Shown: positions 6,807 through 15,700, counted from the first letter of the stretch. The stretch: DNA of 33,965 bases from an uncultured Synergistales bacterium (GCA_905233335.1 CAJOED010000020.1:1-33965); one strand, 5' to 3'. The notes: a model not told the origin generated them from the sequence alone. Program-made: numbers and translations.

Positions 6807-8291
6807 CTACAGCAGGACAGAAATAATCTTTCCTCCCGCAAAATTCACCAGCACTCCCGCAAACAACCCGACCGCTACAGCTCCCGCACTCAACAGCAGC
6901 AACGGCAGTTTCATATTCAGCGGCAGCTTGAACGGCACAACATGTTCATAGTCGTAATCTTCTCCGGGAAAGAAAGCATCCGTAACTATCGGCAGCAAAT
7001 ATCCCGCAGTCAGAAGCGCACTAATCATCAGAACAACAACACCGAACACTCCGACCCGGCCAAGCTCAAGCGCACCTGAAGCCATATACCACTTGGCCGC
7101 AAAACCTCCCGTAACAGGAAGCCCGATTAACGACAAAGACGCAAGCGCAAAACATGTCATCGTTATGGGTAATTCCTTACCGACACCGCGAATCTGATCG
7201 ACATAGTGATAGTTCGCTCCACGCAATGTACAGTAGATTACTACGCCCGCACTCAAGAACAGACAGCTCTTCGACATAGCATGAGCCGCAATCTGCAACA
7301 CTGCTCCGTTGATGCCGTCAGCGTTCAGCAGCATCATAGCGAACACTACATACGACACCTGACTCACACTCGACCACGCTATGCGCTTCTTGAAGTGCTT
7401 TTCGATGTACGCCATCATTGAGCCGGTGAATATCGTCAATGCTGCCATTCCCAAAACCGCATACTGCACCCACGTCCCGCGCAGAAATTCTGCACCCACT
7501 ACGTAATACACTACACGGAACATCGCGATAACTCCCGCCTTAGTGATCAGTCCCGAAAGTACAGCACTCGCCGGAGTCGGTGCCTGAGGGTGTGCGGTCG
7601 GCAGCCACGCATGAAGAGGAACTATTCCTGCCTTTGCCCCGAAGCCCACGAGCGTTAAGAATGTTACTGTGAGTATCATGCTCTCGTTGTGTCCTGCGGT
7701 GATTTTCGCTATGTCGAGAACTCCACCGGGCGTGAAGTCCATTGATACACCGTAAACCTGAAAGAAGAAGAATCCTCCCAAAGCCAACGCCGCACCAGTA
7801 AGAGAATACAGAAGGTATGACACAGTCGCACGGATGGACTCTCTCTTCTGTTCGTGCATAACAAGCGGAAGAGTCATAAACGTCATAAGCTCGTAGAACA
7901 GGTATAACGTGAGAAGGTTCGCCGCACACGCAACACCGATTAATATTCCGAACGTCGACATGAAGAACGCGTAAAATCTGTCAACAGGAGGACGACGACG
8001 CAGATACTCGAACGCATACAGCGTAACTAACGGCCATATGAACGCAACAAGACACGAAAAAGCCCTAGCAGGGTAATCAAGCCGGAACGCTATAGAGAGC
8101 GAGTCAGTAACCCTCCATAACGTGATTAATTCTCCGCTCGTCATGAACGCCGCACAAAATGTTATGATTGATGTCGCGAACGTCATAACTCCGACGTATA
8201 TATGCCTGTCCTCGAATATAGGCCGCGAAAATAACGCAAAACCCGTAATTATCGGAAACAGTACCGGCGCAAGTGTCAGAATGTTATTCAT
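6807..8291 (-). CDS. mrpD: Mrp/Mnh antiporter subunit D-like (NuoL/M/N family), distal copy
   Basis: 494-aa polytopic membrane protein with family core WLPTAHPQAPTPASAVLSGLITKAG. ATGA start/stop overlap with the upstream gene. Confidence 0.85.
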   Translation of the reverse strand: MNNILTLAPVLFPIITGFALFSRPIFEDRHIYVGVMTFATSIITFCAAFMTSGELITLWRVTDSLSIAFRLDYPARAFSCLVAFIWPLVTLYAFEYLRRRPPVDRFYAFFMSTFGILIGVACAANLLTLYLFYELMTFMTLPLVMHEQKRESIRATVSYLLYSLTGAALALGGFFFFQVYGVSMDFTPGGVLDIAKITAGHNESMILTVTFLTLVGFGAKAGIVPLHAWLPTAHPQAPTPASAVLSGLITKAGVIAMFRVVYYVVGAEFLRGTWVQYAVLGMAALTIFTGSMMAYIEKHFKKRIAWSSVSQVSYVVFAMMLLNADGINGAVLQIAAHAMSKSCLFLSAGVVIYCTLRGANYHYVDQIRGVGKELPITMTCFALASLSLIGLPVTGGFAAKWYMASGALELGRVGVFGVVVLMISALLTAGYLLPIVTDAFFPGEDYDYEHVVPFKLPLNMKLPLLLLSAGAVAVGLFAGVLVNFAGGKIISVLL

Positions 8292-9793
8292 AGTACGTTC
8301 ACCCCCCGTGTTATCAGCCTCAATAACGGAACACAGAACAGCCCTAAATAGAAATTCAGCGTGAGAAATATGAACATCGAGAATTTATAGAGTTTCGTCG
8401 GTTTCGGTGCAGTGAAATTTTTGTGAGCGTCCTTGTGATGTGTCATGATTACGATTACAGCAGGGACGTAATACAGCGCATTCAACACCGAACTTGTAGC
8501 CAGTGCCGCAAGTGCCCATACCACCACCGAACTGTCGAACGACGCAAGAGTCAGGCTCAATTTCGACGCAAAACCAGCAAAGCCCGGAATACCCATCATC
8601 GAACACGCTCCCGCAATCAGGCCAAGTCCCGCCCACGTGTTTACGTAGAACGTGCCCATGAGAGCATGAAGTCCCTTCTTGTGTCCGGCAGCATTGCTCA
8701 AACCTCCGGCGGCTGTGAACAGCATAGGCTTTACGCACGCATGAACGATAATATGAAGACACGCGGCGGCTATTCCTGCTGTTGTGTTCAGTCCGACACC
8801 AAGAAATATATAGCCCACCTGAGCAACACTCGACCACGCTATCATTCGCTTCACGTTGTTTTGACGGAGTGCATGAACGGATCCCATAATCATAGCGACA
8901 AGGCCGAGAATGAATATTGCTGTGTCCATTCGTAACATGTGAATAACATCAAGCCCGAACACACGGTAGAATATCTTGATGATGGTGAAGATATGCCCCT
9001 TCAGAACAAGCCCGGAAAGTATTGCGCTCGATGCGTTCGTTGATGTCCCATGCGCATCAGGAAGCCACGACGCAAAAGGGTATAATGCGCTCTTTATGGC
9101 AAGTCCGGCAGTGATCAGGGCAAGCGATACTGTGAGGGGTATCATGTAGCTTTTTGTCGTTACGAGAACGAGAATTGCCCCGTGCATGTTCTGCATCAAC
9201 AAGTGCCCGGTGAGGTCGTACAGGAGGCATATAGCAATCATCACCAGTCCCGAACCAACAAGCGACATAACGAGATAACGCAATGCGGCACGTGCTGTTT
9301 CTGCTCCTTCCTTCACGGCTACGATTGCACACGCGGCTATCGTGTTGATCTCAATGAATACGTACGCGGTGAATAAGTCGTTCGTGTAAGTCAACGCTAA
9401 CAGTGAGGCAGTCAGCAAGTTCACGAGGACACAGAAAATCTGCCGCCTTCCCGGAGCTATATCTTCTGCTGTTGATGAGAAGTTGCCGGTGAGGGACAGC
9501 AGCATAGCCACACAGAACACCAGCGACAATACAGCCTCAAGAGGCCCCGCGCGTAACTCATTCCCCCAGGGAGCCGGGAAATGTCCCATCGGGAAGTTGA
9601 AGCTCAAACTCTGGCCGGGATACGTCAGAGCATAGAGCAGATACGCCGACAGTACAGCAACAAGGGCTATAGCGTAACACGATAACTTTTCGGGTATACG
9701 TGAACGTTTCGGGAGCAGGGGAGTAACTATCGCCGCAACCATCATAATGAAGATACTTGCGAACGGGATATTGTATGCGAACATGTTTATCAT
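8288..9793 (-). CDS. mrpD: Mrp/Mnh antiporter subunit D-like (NuoL/M/N family), proximal copy
   Basis: 501-aa polytopic membrane protein with core SWLPDAHGTSTNASSAILSGLVLKG. ATGA overlaps at both ends. Confidence 0.85.
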   Translation of the reverse strand: MINMFAYNIPFASIFIMMVAAIVTPLLPKRSRIPEKLSCYAIALVAVLSAYLLYALTYPGQSLSFNFPMGHFPAPWGNELRAGPLEAVLSLVFCVAMLLSLTGNFSSTAEDIAPGRRQIFCVLVNLLTASLLALTYTNDLFTAYVFIEINTIAACAIVAVKEGAETARAALRYLVMSLVGSGLVMIAICLLYDLTGHLLMQNMHGAILVLVTTKSYMIPLTVSLALITAGLAIKSALYPFASWLPDAHGTSTNASSAILSGLVLKGHIFTIIKIFYRVFGLDVIHMLRMDTAIFILGLVAMIMGSVHALRQNNVKRMIAWSSVAQVGYIFLGVGLNTTAGIAAACLHIIVHACVKPMLFTAAGGLSNAAGHKKGLHALMGTFYVNTWAGLGLIAGACSMMGIPGFAGFASKLSLTLASFDSSVVVWALAALATSSVLNALYYVPAVIVIMTHHKDAHKNFTAPKPTKLYKFSMFIFLTLNFYLGLFCVPLLRLITRGVNVL

Positions 9794-10224
9794 GATAATA
9801 CTTCCTCGTCTGCTTCCTCAATTACGGCTTCAAGCTGTTCCTGCTCTTCCGTCATCTTCAGGAGTGCCTCGTCGATGTTCAGAGTCCCGTAGCTCTCGTA
9901 AAGTTTCAGGGTCAACGCAAGAGCAAATGCCGTAACACTGACACTTACGACTATACCCGTGAGCACCAGCCCTGCCGGAACAGGATTAACGTACAGTGCG
10001 GAAGACGTGAGCCACCCTCCCGAACCGTTCTCAATGAGTATGGGAGCAGCTCTGCCTTCTACATAACCTTTTGCCGCAAGAAATAAATACACTGCTGTAT
10101 CCATAATATTAAGGCCGATGATTTTCTTGATGAGGTTGCGCTGTAATAATAAGTTCGTCAGCCCTATACCTGAAAGAATTACTGCAGCAGCTTCATAGTG
10201 GTTCAACAATAATTTTTCGAGCAT
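9790..10224 (-). CDS. mrpC: Mrp/Mnh antiporter subunit C (NuoK-like)
   Basis: 144 aa, three predicted TM helices (..GLNIMDTAVYLFLAAKG..), acidic C-terminal tail. Starts 2 nt after the mrpB stop. Position between B and D fits. Confidence 0.8.
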   Translation of the reverse strand: MLEKLLLNHYEAAAVILSGIGLTNLLLQRNLIKKIIGLNIMDTAVYLFLAAKGYVEGRAAPILIENGSGGWLTSSALYVNPVPAGLVLTGIVVSVSVTAFALALTLKLYESYGTLNIDEALLKMTEEQEQLEAVIEEADEEVLS

Positions 10225-10226
10225 TG

Positions 10227-11255
10227 CTACATATCCCCCTCACTGAATAACGCATAAAACCCGTAGAGAGTCCCGGCAACTATCAGTCCCACGCATATAT
10301 TCAGAGGGAGTATCAGTCCTCCGCTCAAAATATTTCCGATTGTGCCTTTGGGTATGACTGAATGAATGTGATTTGCGCCTGTGAAGAATGAATATCCCTT
10401 TGAGAGAGCGTAAATCATCAGTGCCGTAGAACTCGAAACTATGAATGTGCGTTCGTTGAAAAATTCGTGTACTCGTTCAAAGCCGTATGCGTTCGCACAA
10501 AGTATCAGTGCGGTGCTCAATATCGCGCCTCCCGAAAATCCTCCGCCGGGCGACAAGTGTCCGTTGATGACGACTACACAGCCCATCATGAGTATTACGG
10601 GAATGGAGAGAGAAGCTACAGCGCGCAGGATTACGTCGTCCTTCCTGAAAGTGTGATGCCTCATCGGGGGTGCGTGAATGCTGTATGCATCCATTGCGTT
10701 TGAGGACGGCAGGGAGTGAGTATCTGTTTTGTTGCGGCGTGAAGCTCCCAGCAGCATCAATACACTCACAGCGGCTGTGAAGAGTACTGCGGACTCCCCG
10801 AACGTGTCGAATGCGCGGTAATCGAGAATGAGTCCGGCTACGATGTTCTGTGCTCCTGTCTCGTGTCCTCCGTGTTCGACGTAGCGGCGAATTACCTCGT
10901 TGTTTGCGGGGTTGCGTTCGTGTCCGAAGGGGGGAAGTTCAGCGACTGTTGCCAGCAGTAATGACACTATCACTATGCACGTGAGCACGCTCAAGCCGGT
11001 GTAGAGTATCGCGAATATGTGAAGCCCGTGAATTTCGAGCCACTGGTTGTAGCGTTCCTTGAGTGTTGCCTCGTGGAAGCGCGTGTATTTGTCGTGCGGC
11101 TTCTGTGTGAACGGCAGATCCGGGGGCGGTTCGGGTGGTATGACCTCATTTTCGGGACGGGGGCCGTTGCCCATTACCCAGTTGAAGAAAGCACGCCATA
11201 TGTTTTTGAGTTCCTCGTTCAAGTGTGTATTGCTCCTTTCGTGTGGAAGGTTCAT
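10227..11255 (-). CDS. mrpB: Mrp/Mnh antiporter subunit B-like protein with atypical hydrophilic N-terminal extension
   Basis: 342 aa with MnhB-domain motif GAQNIVAGLILDYRAFDTFGESAVLFTAAV. The first ~75 residues are hydrophilic and Pro-rich (..PPEPPPDLPF..). ATG lies 6 nt after the Zn-finger ORF stop with no obvious RBS. Confidence 0.8.
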   Translation of the reverse strand: MNLPHERSNTHLNEELKNIWRAFFNWVMGNGPRPENEVIPPEPPPDLPFTQKPHDKYTRFHEATLKERYNQWLEIHGLHIFAILYTGLSVLTCIVIVSLLLATVAELPPFGHERNPANNEVIRRYVEHGGHETGAQNIVAGLILDYRAFDTFGESAVLFTAAVSVLMLLGASRRNKTDTHSLPSSNAMDAYSIHAPPMRHHTFRKDDVILRAVASLSIPVILMMGCVVVINGHLSPGGGFSGGAILSTALILCANAYGFERVHEFFNERTFIVSSSTALMIYALSKGYSFFTGANHIHSVIPKGTIGNILSGGLILPLNICVGLIVAGTLYGFYALFSEGDM

Positions 11256-11261
11256 AGGGCA

Positions 11262-11714
11262 TTACCATATACGTTGCTGTATATACCCTCTACCTCCGCA
11301 GTCCGAACAGTCCACTTTGCCGTTCCCATAACATTTTGAACATGAGTGCCAAGTTTGGGTTGTAGTGGAACTGCGCCCGCTATAGTTTGGGACAGAGCCA
11401 TATTCGTATCTACCGCCCTTGCCGTCGCAAGCACTGCACCTGACTTTTCCTGAGCCGCTGCACCTTGAGCATCTGATTTCCGTTTCTTTGTGCTGTTCAT
11501 CGGAGTAATCATCAGAATAGCTATCATTGTAGGTATTACGATTTTTGTTCGCGCTTTTACCAGTGCCGTTTGCTCTTTCTTCTGCCCTTTTACGCATACG
11601 TTCGTGTATACGAGCACGTACATCACCGCCTCTAGCAAACGACGGAACAGAACACAGTACTAGTACAGCAGACATAACGCAGGTCAGTAAAACTATAACC
11701 TTTTTGTTCATCAT
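11262..11714 (-). CDS. predicted exported DnaJ-type zinc-finger (4x CxxCxGxG) protein
   Basis: 150 aa. AGGAGG lies 5 nt before ATGATG. N-terminus MMNKKVIVLLTCVMSAVLVLCSVPSFA resembles a Sec signal peptide and is followed by a charged low-complexity linker. Then come CSRCSGSG-KVR-CSACDGKG and CSKCYGNG-KVD-CSDCGGRG. It lies between two mrp genes on the same strand. Confidence 0.7.
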   Translation of the reverse strand: MMNKKVIVLLTCVMSAVLVLCSVPSFARGGDVRARIHERMRKRAEERANGTGKSANKNRNTYNDSYSDDYSDEQHKETEIRCSRCSGSGKVRCSACDGKGGRYEYGSVPNYSGRSSTTTQTWHSCSKCYGNGKVDCSDCGGRGYIQQRIW

Positions 11715-11730
11715 GATAACCTCCTAAAAT

Positions 11731-11991
11731 TTATTCAGATTTTTCATCGTCTTTATGTCCAAGCTGGCCTATCTTCCTCAACGCAAGAAAGAACAGCACG
11801 CTCGTAACCCCTGCACCGACTGCCGCTTCAGTTATCGCCAGGTCAGGAGAACGCAGAAGCACCCATATTACTGCCATCACGAGGCTGTAACTCATGAAGA
11901 TTATTACGGAGTTCAGGAGGTTTTTCGAGATTGACACCGCAACAGCACACACAATCAGGAAAATTAGCAGCAGCCACTCAATTACTATCAT
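11731..11991 (-). CDS. MbhD/DUF4040-like small membrane subunit of the Mrp complex
   Basis: 86 aa from ATG 11991. The 126-aa track ORF runs upstream through mrpG and is unlikely. Three TM helices. SPDLAITEAAVGAGVTSVLF resembles the MbhD / MrpA-C-terminal motif (from memory). Confidence 0.65.
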   Translation of the reverse strand: MIVIEWLLLIFLIVCAVAVSISKNLLNSVIIFMSYSLVMAVIWVLLRSPDLAITEAAVGAGVTSVLFFLALRKIGQLGHKDDEKSE

Positions 11992-12322
11992 GATTATTCT
12001 CCTTCGTGAGGTCGACAAAATCGCATATCTGTTCGAGAGCCGGATTCGTTTCGACTTCCGCACGAGCCACGAGATGACTCGCCGCAGGATTGCACAGCCA
12101 CATGAACACAATCACCAGCGCAAGTTTCAGCGAAAACACATTCCACCCTGACAGCACCATTAACCCCGACAGCATGAGCAGTGCCCCTAGAGTGTCGCAC
12201 TTGGCCGCAACGTGAATCCTGTTCAGCATCGTAGAGAACCTGAATATACCGACCGTAGCAACTGACAGCACGAACAGCCCGCCCAGCATAAGAACACCGG
12301 CAATAATTACACGTATCATCAT
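11978..12322 (-). CDS. mrpG: Mrp/Mnh antiporter subunit G
   Basis: 114 aa. FRFSTMLNRIHVAAKCDTLGALLML is typical of MrpG/PhaG. ATGA overlap with the mrpF stop. Confidence 0.8.
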   Translation of the reverse strand: MMIRVIIAGVLMLGGLFVLSVATVGIFRFSTMLNRIHVAAKCDTLGALLMLSGLMVLSGWNVFSLKLALVIVFMWLCNPAASHLVARAEVETNPALEQICDFVDLTKENNHDSN

Positions 12323-12606
12323 TCGCCCTCCTTCTTCTCGATGACCGAACGCGCAAGAACTACCACCGACAAAAAGTTAATCACCGCATAAATCAGACAG
12401 ACATCAACGAGGTAGCTCTGGCCGATAATCAGCGACAGAACAGCAATAAGCAAAATTATTTTTGTCCCGATTATGTTAGCGGCTATTACTCTGTCGGAAA
12501 ATCGCGGGCCTAAAGCAGCTCTCATGAGACACAAAAATATCGTCGCCGATAAGAACACCGCACACCCGATAAGCAGAAAATTTCTCACAGTCATAACATC
12601 AAACAT
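12319..12606 (-). CDS. mrpF: Mrp/Mnh antiporter subunit F
   Basis: 95 aa from ATG 12606 (GGAGAG 8 nt upstream; overlaps the mrpE stop by 8 nt). The track ORF start at 12642 is less likely. GPRFSDRVIAANIIGTK resembles the MrpF/PhaF motif. Confidence 0.75.
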   Translation of the reverse strand: MFDVMTVRNFLLIGCAVFLSATIFLCLMRAALGPRFSDRVIAANIIGTKIILLIAVLSLIIGQSYLVDVCLIYAVINFLSVVVLARSVIEKKEGE

Positions 12607-13075
12607 TCGCTTTTCTCTCCATTCTCGACAACAGACGCTCAAAGATACTCCCCTCCAAGCCGTCTGCTATGTCCCTGTTCAGTGCGTGCACAAGTAACTC
12701 GTTCCCTTCAAGCGACACCGTAATAGTTCCCGGCGTGAGTGTTATGGAGTTCGCGAGGGCGGCACGGGCAGCATTGGTCTTCAGGGGCGTGTTGAACTTC
12801 ACGAGGCACGGCTCGACCTGAATATCGGGGGCAATCACCAGCCTGGTAATCGCGAAATTTGCACGTACTATTTCGATGAGCAGGACGATAACGTAAAACA
12901 CAGCGTCAGGAAGGAGCTTCATGAATTTCCATAAAGTGGCGGCGGTAAGATTGAGGCGGAAAATTTTTTTCACGAACACATCAAGCAGAAGGGATATTAA
13001 CGCACCGGCAACGATAATTTCGAGGGTAATTCTCCCGTTGAAGATGACCCATAACGCAAAATATACGAGGCTCAA
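12599..13075 (-). CDS. mrpE: Mrp/Mnh antiporter subunit E
   Basis: 158 aa with TTG start 6 nt after GGGGAGG. N-terminus FALWVIFNGRITLE.. is typical of MrpE. First gene of the operon. Confidence 0.75.
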   Translation of the reverse strand: MSLVYFALWVIFNGRITLEIIVAGALISLLLDVFVKKIFRLNLTAATLWKFMKLLPDAVFYVIVLLIEIVRANFAITRLVIAPDIQVEPCLVKFNTPLKTNAARAALANSITLTPGTITVSLEGNELLVHALNRDIADGLEGSIFERLLSRMERKANV

Positions 13076-13191
13076 TAAATTACCTCCCCTGTAAGTTGAA
13101 ATATTATTTGGATTGAAAGATGATTTTTATTTTAGCACAGCACGTTATAAAATTTACCGCGTCATATTATGAACAGGAGATTATTTTTTCG

Positions 13192-13644
13192 ATGAGCAAT
13201 ATTACTTTCAATGATGAGTGCGTTCATGTCGTGTTTCTCGGACTTCCGAATGTACCGGGCATAGCAGCAGAAATTTTCGGGGCGTTGTCTGTACGTTCCG
13301 CAAGTGTCAGCATGGTTACACAGAACACAATGCGCGGAGGTCGTTCGGATCTGTCATTCCTGATACGCAAGGAGAGACTCGACGAGATGATTACTGTGTG
13401 CCGTGAGATTTCTGAACGTGTCGGCGGGCAGGGAGTATCATTTGCTACGGAGATTGCCGCAATAACTGTCGGGCTGAACTCCCCGGAAGATTCTGCTCAC
13501 ACTCTCGCAAAAATCTTCAAGGCTCTTGCGTCCGTCAACGTCAACATAGAGATAATCAATTCGACATCAGAGAGCGCAATATGCATCGTGAGTCTGACTC
13601 GTGCTCGTGAAGGGCTTGAAGCTCTGAAGAAGGCGTTTGCGTAA
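13192..13644 (+). CDS. stand-alone tandem ACT-domain protein (aspartokinase regulatory-domain-like)
   Basis: 150 aa from ATG 13192 (AGGAG upstream; the track start at 13120 is unlikely). It has two ACT-like halves: VVFLGLPNVPGIAAEIFGALS...SFLI and ITVGLNSPEDSAHTLAKIFKALASVNVNIEII. No kinase domain. Confidence 0.7.
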   Translation: MSNITFNDECVHVVFLGLPNVPGIAAEIFGALSVRSASVSMVTQNTMRGGRSDLSFLIRKERLDEMITVCREISERVGGQGVSFATEIAAITVGLNSPEDSAHTLAKIFKALASVNVNIEIINSTSESAICIVSLTRAREGLEALKKAFA

Positions 13645-13674
13645 AAAAAAATTCCCCTCACAGCACGGGGGGAA
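13645..13674 (-). terminator. rho-independent terminator for the minus-strand hypothetical gene (hairpin shared with the convergent ACT gene)
   Basis: On the minus strand, TTCCCC / GGGGAA form a 6-bp stem with an 11-nt loop followed by T9. On the plus strand the same hairpin lacks a U-tract. Confidence 0.55.
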
Positions 13675-13680
13675 AATAAT

Positions 13681-13968
13681 TTATACGCCGGTCTCGTAGT
13701 ACTGCATTATGTACGGTATTTTGTCGCCAGTATCATCAGCGTATATGTCATACTTTACGAAGAAATCAAATATGCTCATATAGTCTGCAAAATCCCCGTC
13801 AACCGTATATTGATACCTGCCGTTTTTGTCTATGAAGTGCAATGACGTAATATTGTATTCCAAGAGACAGCCCGTCTTCATTTTGTTCCAAAGAGGCGCG
13901 GTATTATCCAGCAGTAAAGATACTCTCTCTTTGCTCTTCCCGTCTCTTGCTGAAACCATGTCGAACAT
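13681..13968 (-). CDS. hypothetical protein (possibly the 3' part of a degraded exported-protein gene)
   Basis: 95-aa ORF with no family recognised and no RBS before ATG 13968. The frame stays open 69 nt further upstream without a start codon. See the finding on 13681-14155. Confidence 0.4.
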   Translation of the reverse strand: MFDMVSARDGKSKERVSLLLDNTAPLWNKMKTGCLLEYNITSLHFIDKNGRYQYTVDGDFADYMSIFDFFVKYDIYADDTGDKIPYIMQYYETGV

Positions 13969-14153
13969 CAGATAGTTATCATCTGTCAGCGTTATAACAA
14001 TAACATAATTTTTCTTGTACGTTTTGAGGGCGTTTCAGGATTCGCGCTACTGCATCACCAGCAGGGGCTGACTTTTTCTTTGCTGCTTTCTTTTTTGCTG
14101 CCATTGATACCGACGACATACCGAGCACCATGCACAGCACTAATAATACTGCT

Positions 14154-14193
14154 AAAAATTATATCCCCCTGCCTTATCATTCACAACAGGGGG
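14154..14193 (-). terminator. rho-independent terminator after guaB
   Basis: On the minus strand: CCCCCTG, 15-nt loop, CAGGGGG, then ATATAATTTTT. Begins 12 nt after the TGATGATAATGA stop cluster. Confidence 0.55.
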
Positions 14194-14205
14194 AAGTCAT
14201 TATCA

Positions 14206-15700
14206 TCATTTCGCGCGTCTCACAGCTTCCTTCATTATGACATCATGCGCTCCGCCCTCCATAAGTGTAACAGGTGATACGAGCGTCAATTTTGCTTTTT
14301 CACGGAGTTCGCACAAGTTCAACGCCCCGCAGTTACAGAACGTAGACTTTATCTTGCTCAATGTTTCCGTAACGTTATCGCGAAGACTTCCTGCATACGG
14401 CACGTAGCTGTCGACTCCCTCCTCGAATGAGAGTTTCGCCTGTGATGAGTCGCCGCTGTCGTACCTCTGCCAGTTCCTAGCGCGTGAAGATCCCTCGCCC
14501 CAGTACTCTTTGACGTAGTTCCCGTTCACCATTACTTTATTCGTCGGACTCTCGTCGAAACGTGCAAAGTACCGGCCAAGCATACAGAAATCCGCACCCA
14601 TAGCAAGCGCAAGTGTTATATGGTAGTCCATCACGATGCCGCCGTCTGAACATATCGGTATGTATATTCCCGTCTCCGCAAAATACTCATCGCGTGCCTT
14701 CGCCACCTCAATAACCGCCGTAGCCTGTCCGCGCCCTATGCCTTTTGCCTCACGGGTGATACAGATTGACCCGCCCCCGATACCTATCTTCACGAAGTCA
14801 GCTCCCGCCTCCGCAAGAAACCTGAAACCGTCAGCGTCGACTACATTACCTCCGCCGACCTTCACACTGTCGCCGTAATTCTCCCGTATCCATGCATTCC
14901 GTGAAGCCTTCAGAGCTGTCAATGCATAACACATCAGCTCCCGCCTCAACAAGTGCCGGGACTCTCTGCGCGTAATCCCTCGTGTTGATGCCCGCTCCCG
15001 TCATGTATCGCTTCTGGTTGTCGAGGAGTTCCAGCGGGTTTTCCTTGTGCATGTCGTAGTCCTTCCTGAAAACAAACGCTACCATGTGCCCGCGCGAATC
15101 AACAACGGGTAATGCGTTCAGCTTGTGCTCCCATAAGAGGTCGTTCGCCTCGCTCAAACTCAATCCGTCGTGCGCAGAAATTACTTTGTCGATGGGTGTC
15201 ATGAAGTCCCGTACTTTTTCGTCGAGTCCCGTCCTGCTCACACGGTAATCACGGCTCGTTACGATGCCTAAAAGTTTTCCCGTCAGGCTCCCGTCATGAG
15301 TTACTGCTACGGTCGTGTGCCCGGTCTGTTCCTTCAGCGCAAGAATGTCCGCGAGTGTCTGTTCGGGACTGATAGCCGAGTCGTTAGCGACGAAACCTGC
15401 CTTGTAGCGTTTGACCCGCGCAACCATTTCCGCCTGCTTCTCTATGGGCTGTGAACAGTATATGAACGCTATTCCTCCTTCACGCGCGAGAGCTATAGCC
15501 ATGTTGTCGTCAGAAACCGACTGCATACACGCTGAAATCAACGGTATGTTTATCGATAACGGAGACTCTTCGCCCTTCCTGAACTTGCACAGCGGAGTGC
15601 GTAGTGATACGTTCGAGGGCACGCAATTTTCTGATGAGTACGATGGTATAAGAAGGTACTCGGAGAATGTGTGCGATGGTTCGTTGTAATAATAGGCCAT
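14206..15700 (-). pseudogene. guaB: IMP dehydrogenase, split into two overlapping ORFs by a frame-breaking lesion
   Basis: ORF 14846-15700 covers the barrel start plus CBS pair and ends ...[19 protein letters not shown] 14206-14952 covers [17 protein letters not shown]..., the catalytic loop [12 protein letters not shown] and ...GGAHDV. These are consecutive parts of one IMPDH in frames offset by 1. AGGAG RBS before ATG 15700. Confidence 0.85.

Noticed and set aside
6765-7079. 104-aa plus-strand ORF (Q/R/N-rich) beginning at the SDR 3' end
   Set aside because: It is antisense to mrpD, low in complexity, and has no RBS.
11252-11638. 128-aa alternative-frame ORF on the same strand as the Zn-finger gene
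   Set aside because: It has no RBS. The 11262-11714 frame has AGGAGG, a signal peptide and four regular CxxCxGxG repeats, so that frame is the coding one.
11992-12111. Upstream extension of the MbhD-like ORF (track start 12111), and ORF 11994-12356
   Set aside because: The extension is Arg/Cys-rich, lies entirely inside mrpG, and lacks an RBS. The internal ATG 11991 gives a clean 3-TM protein with the usual short overlap.
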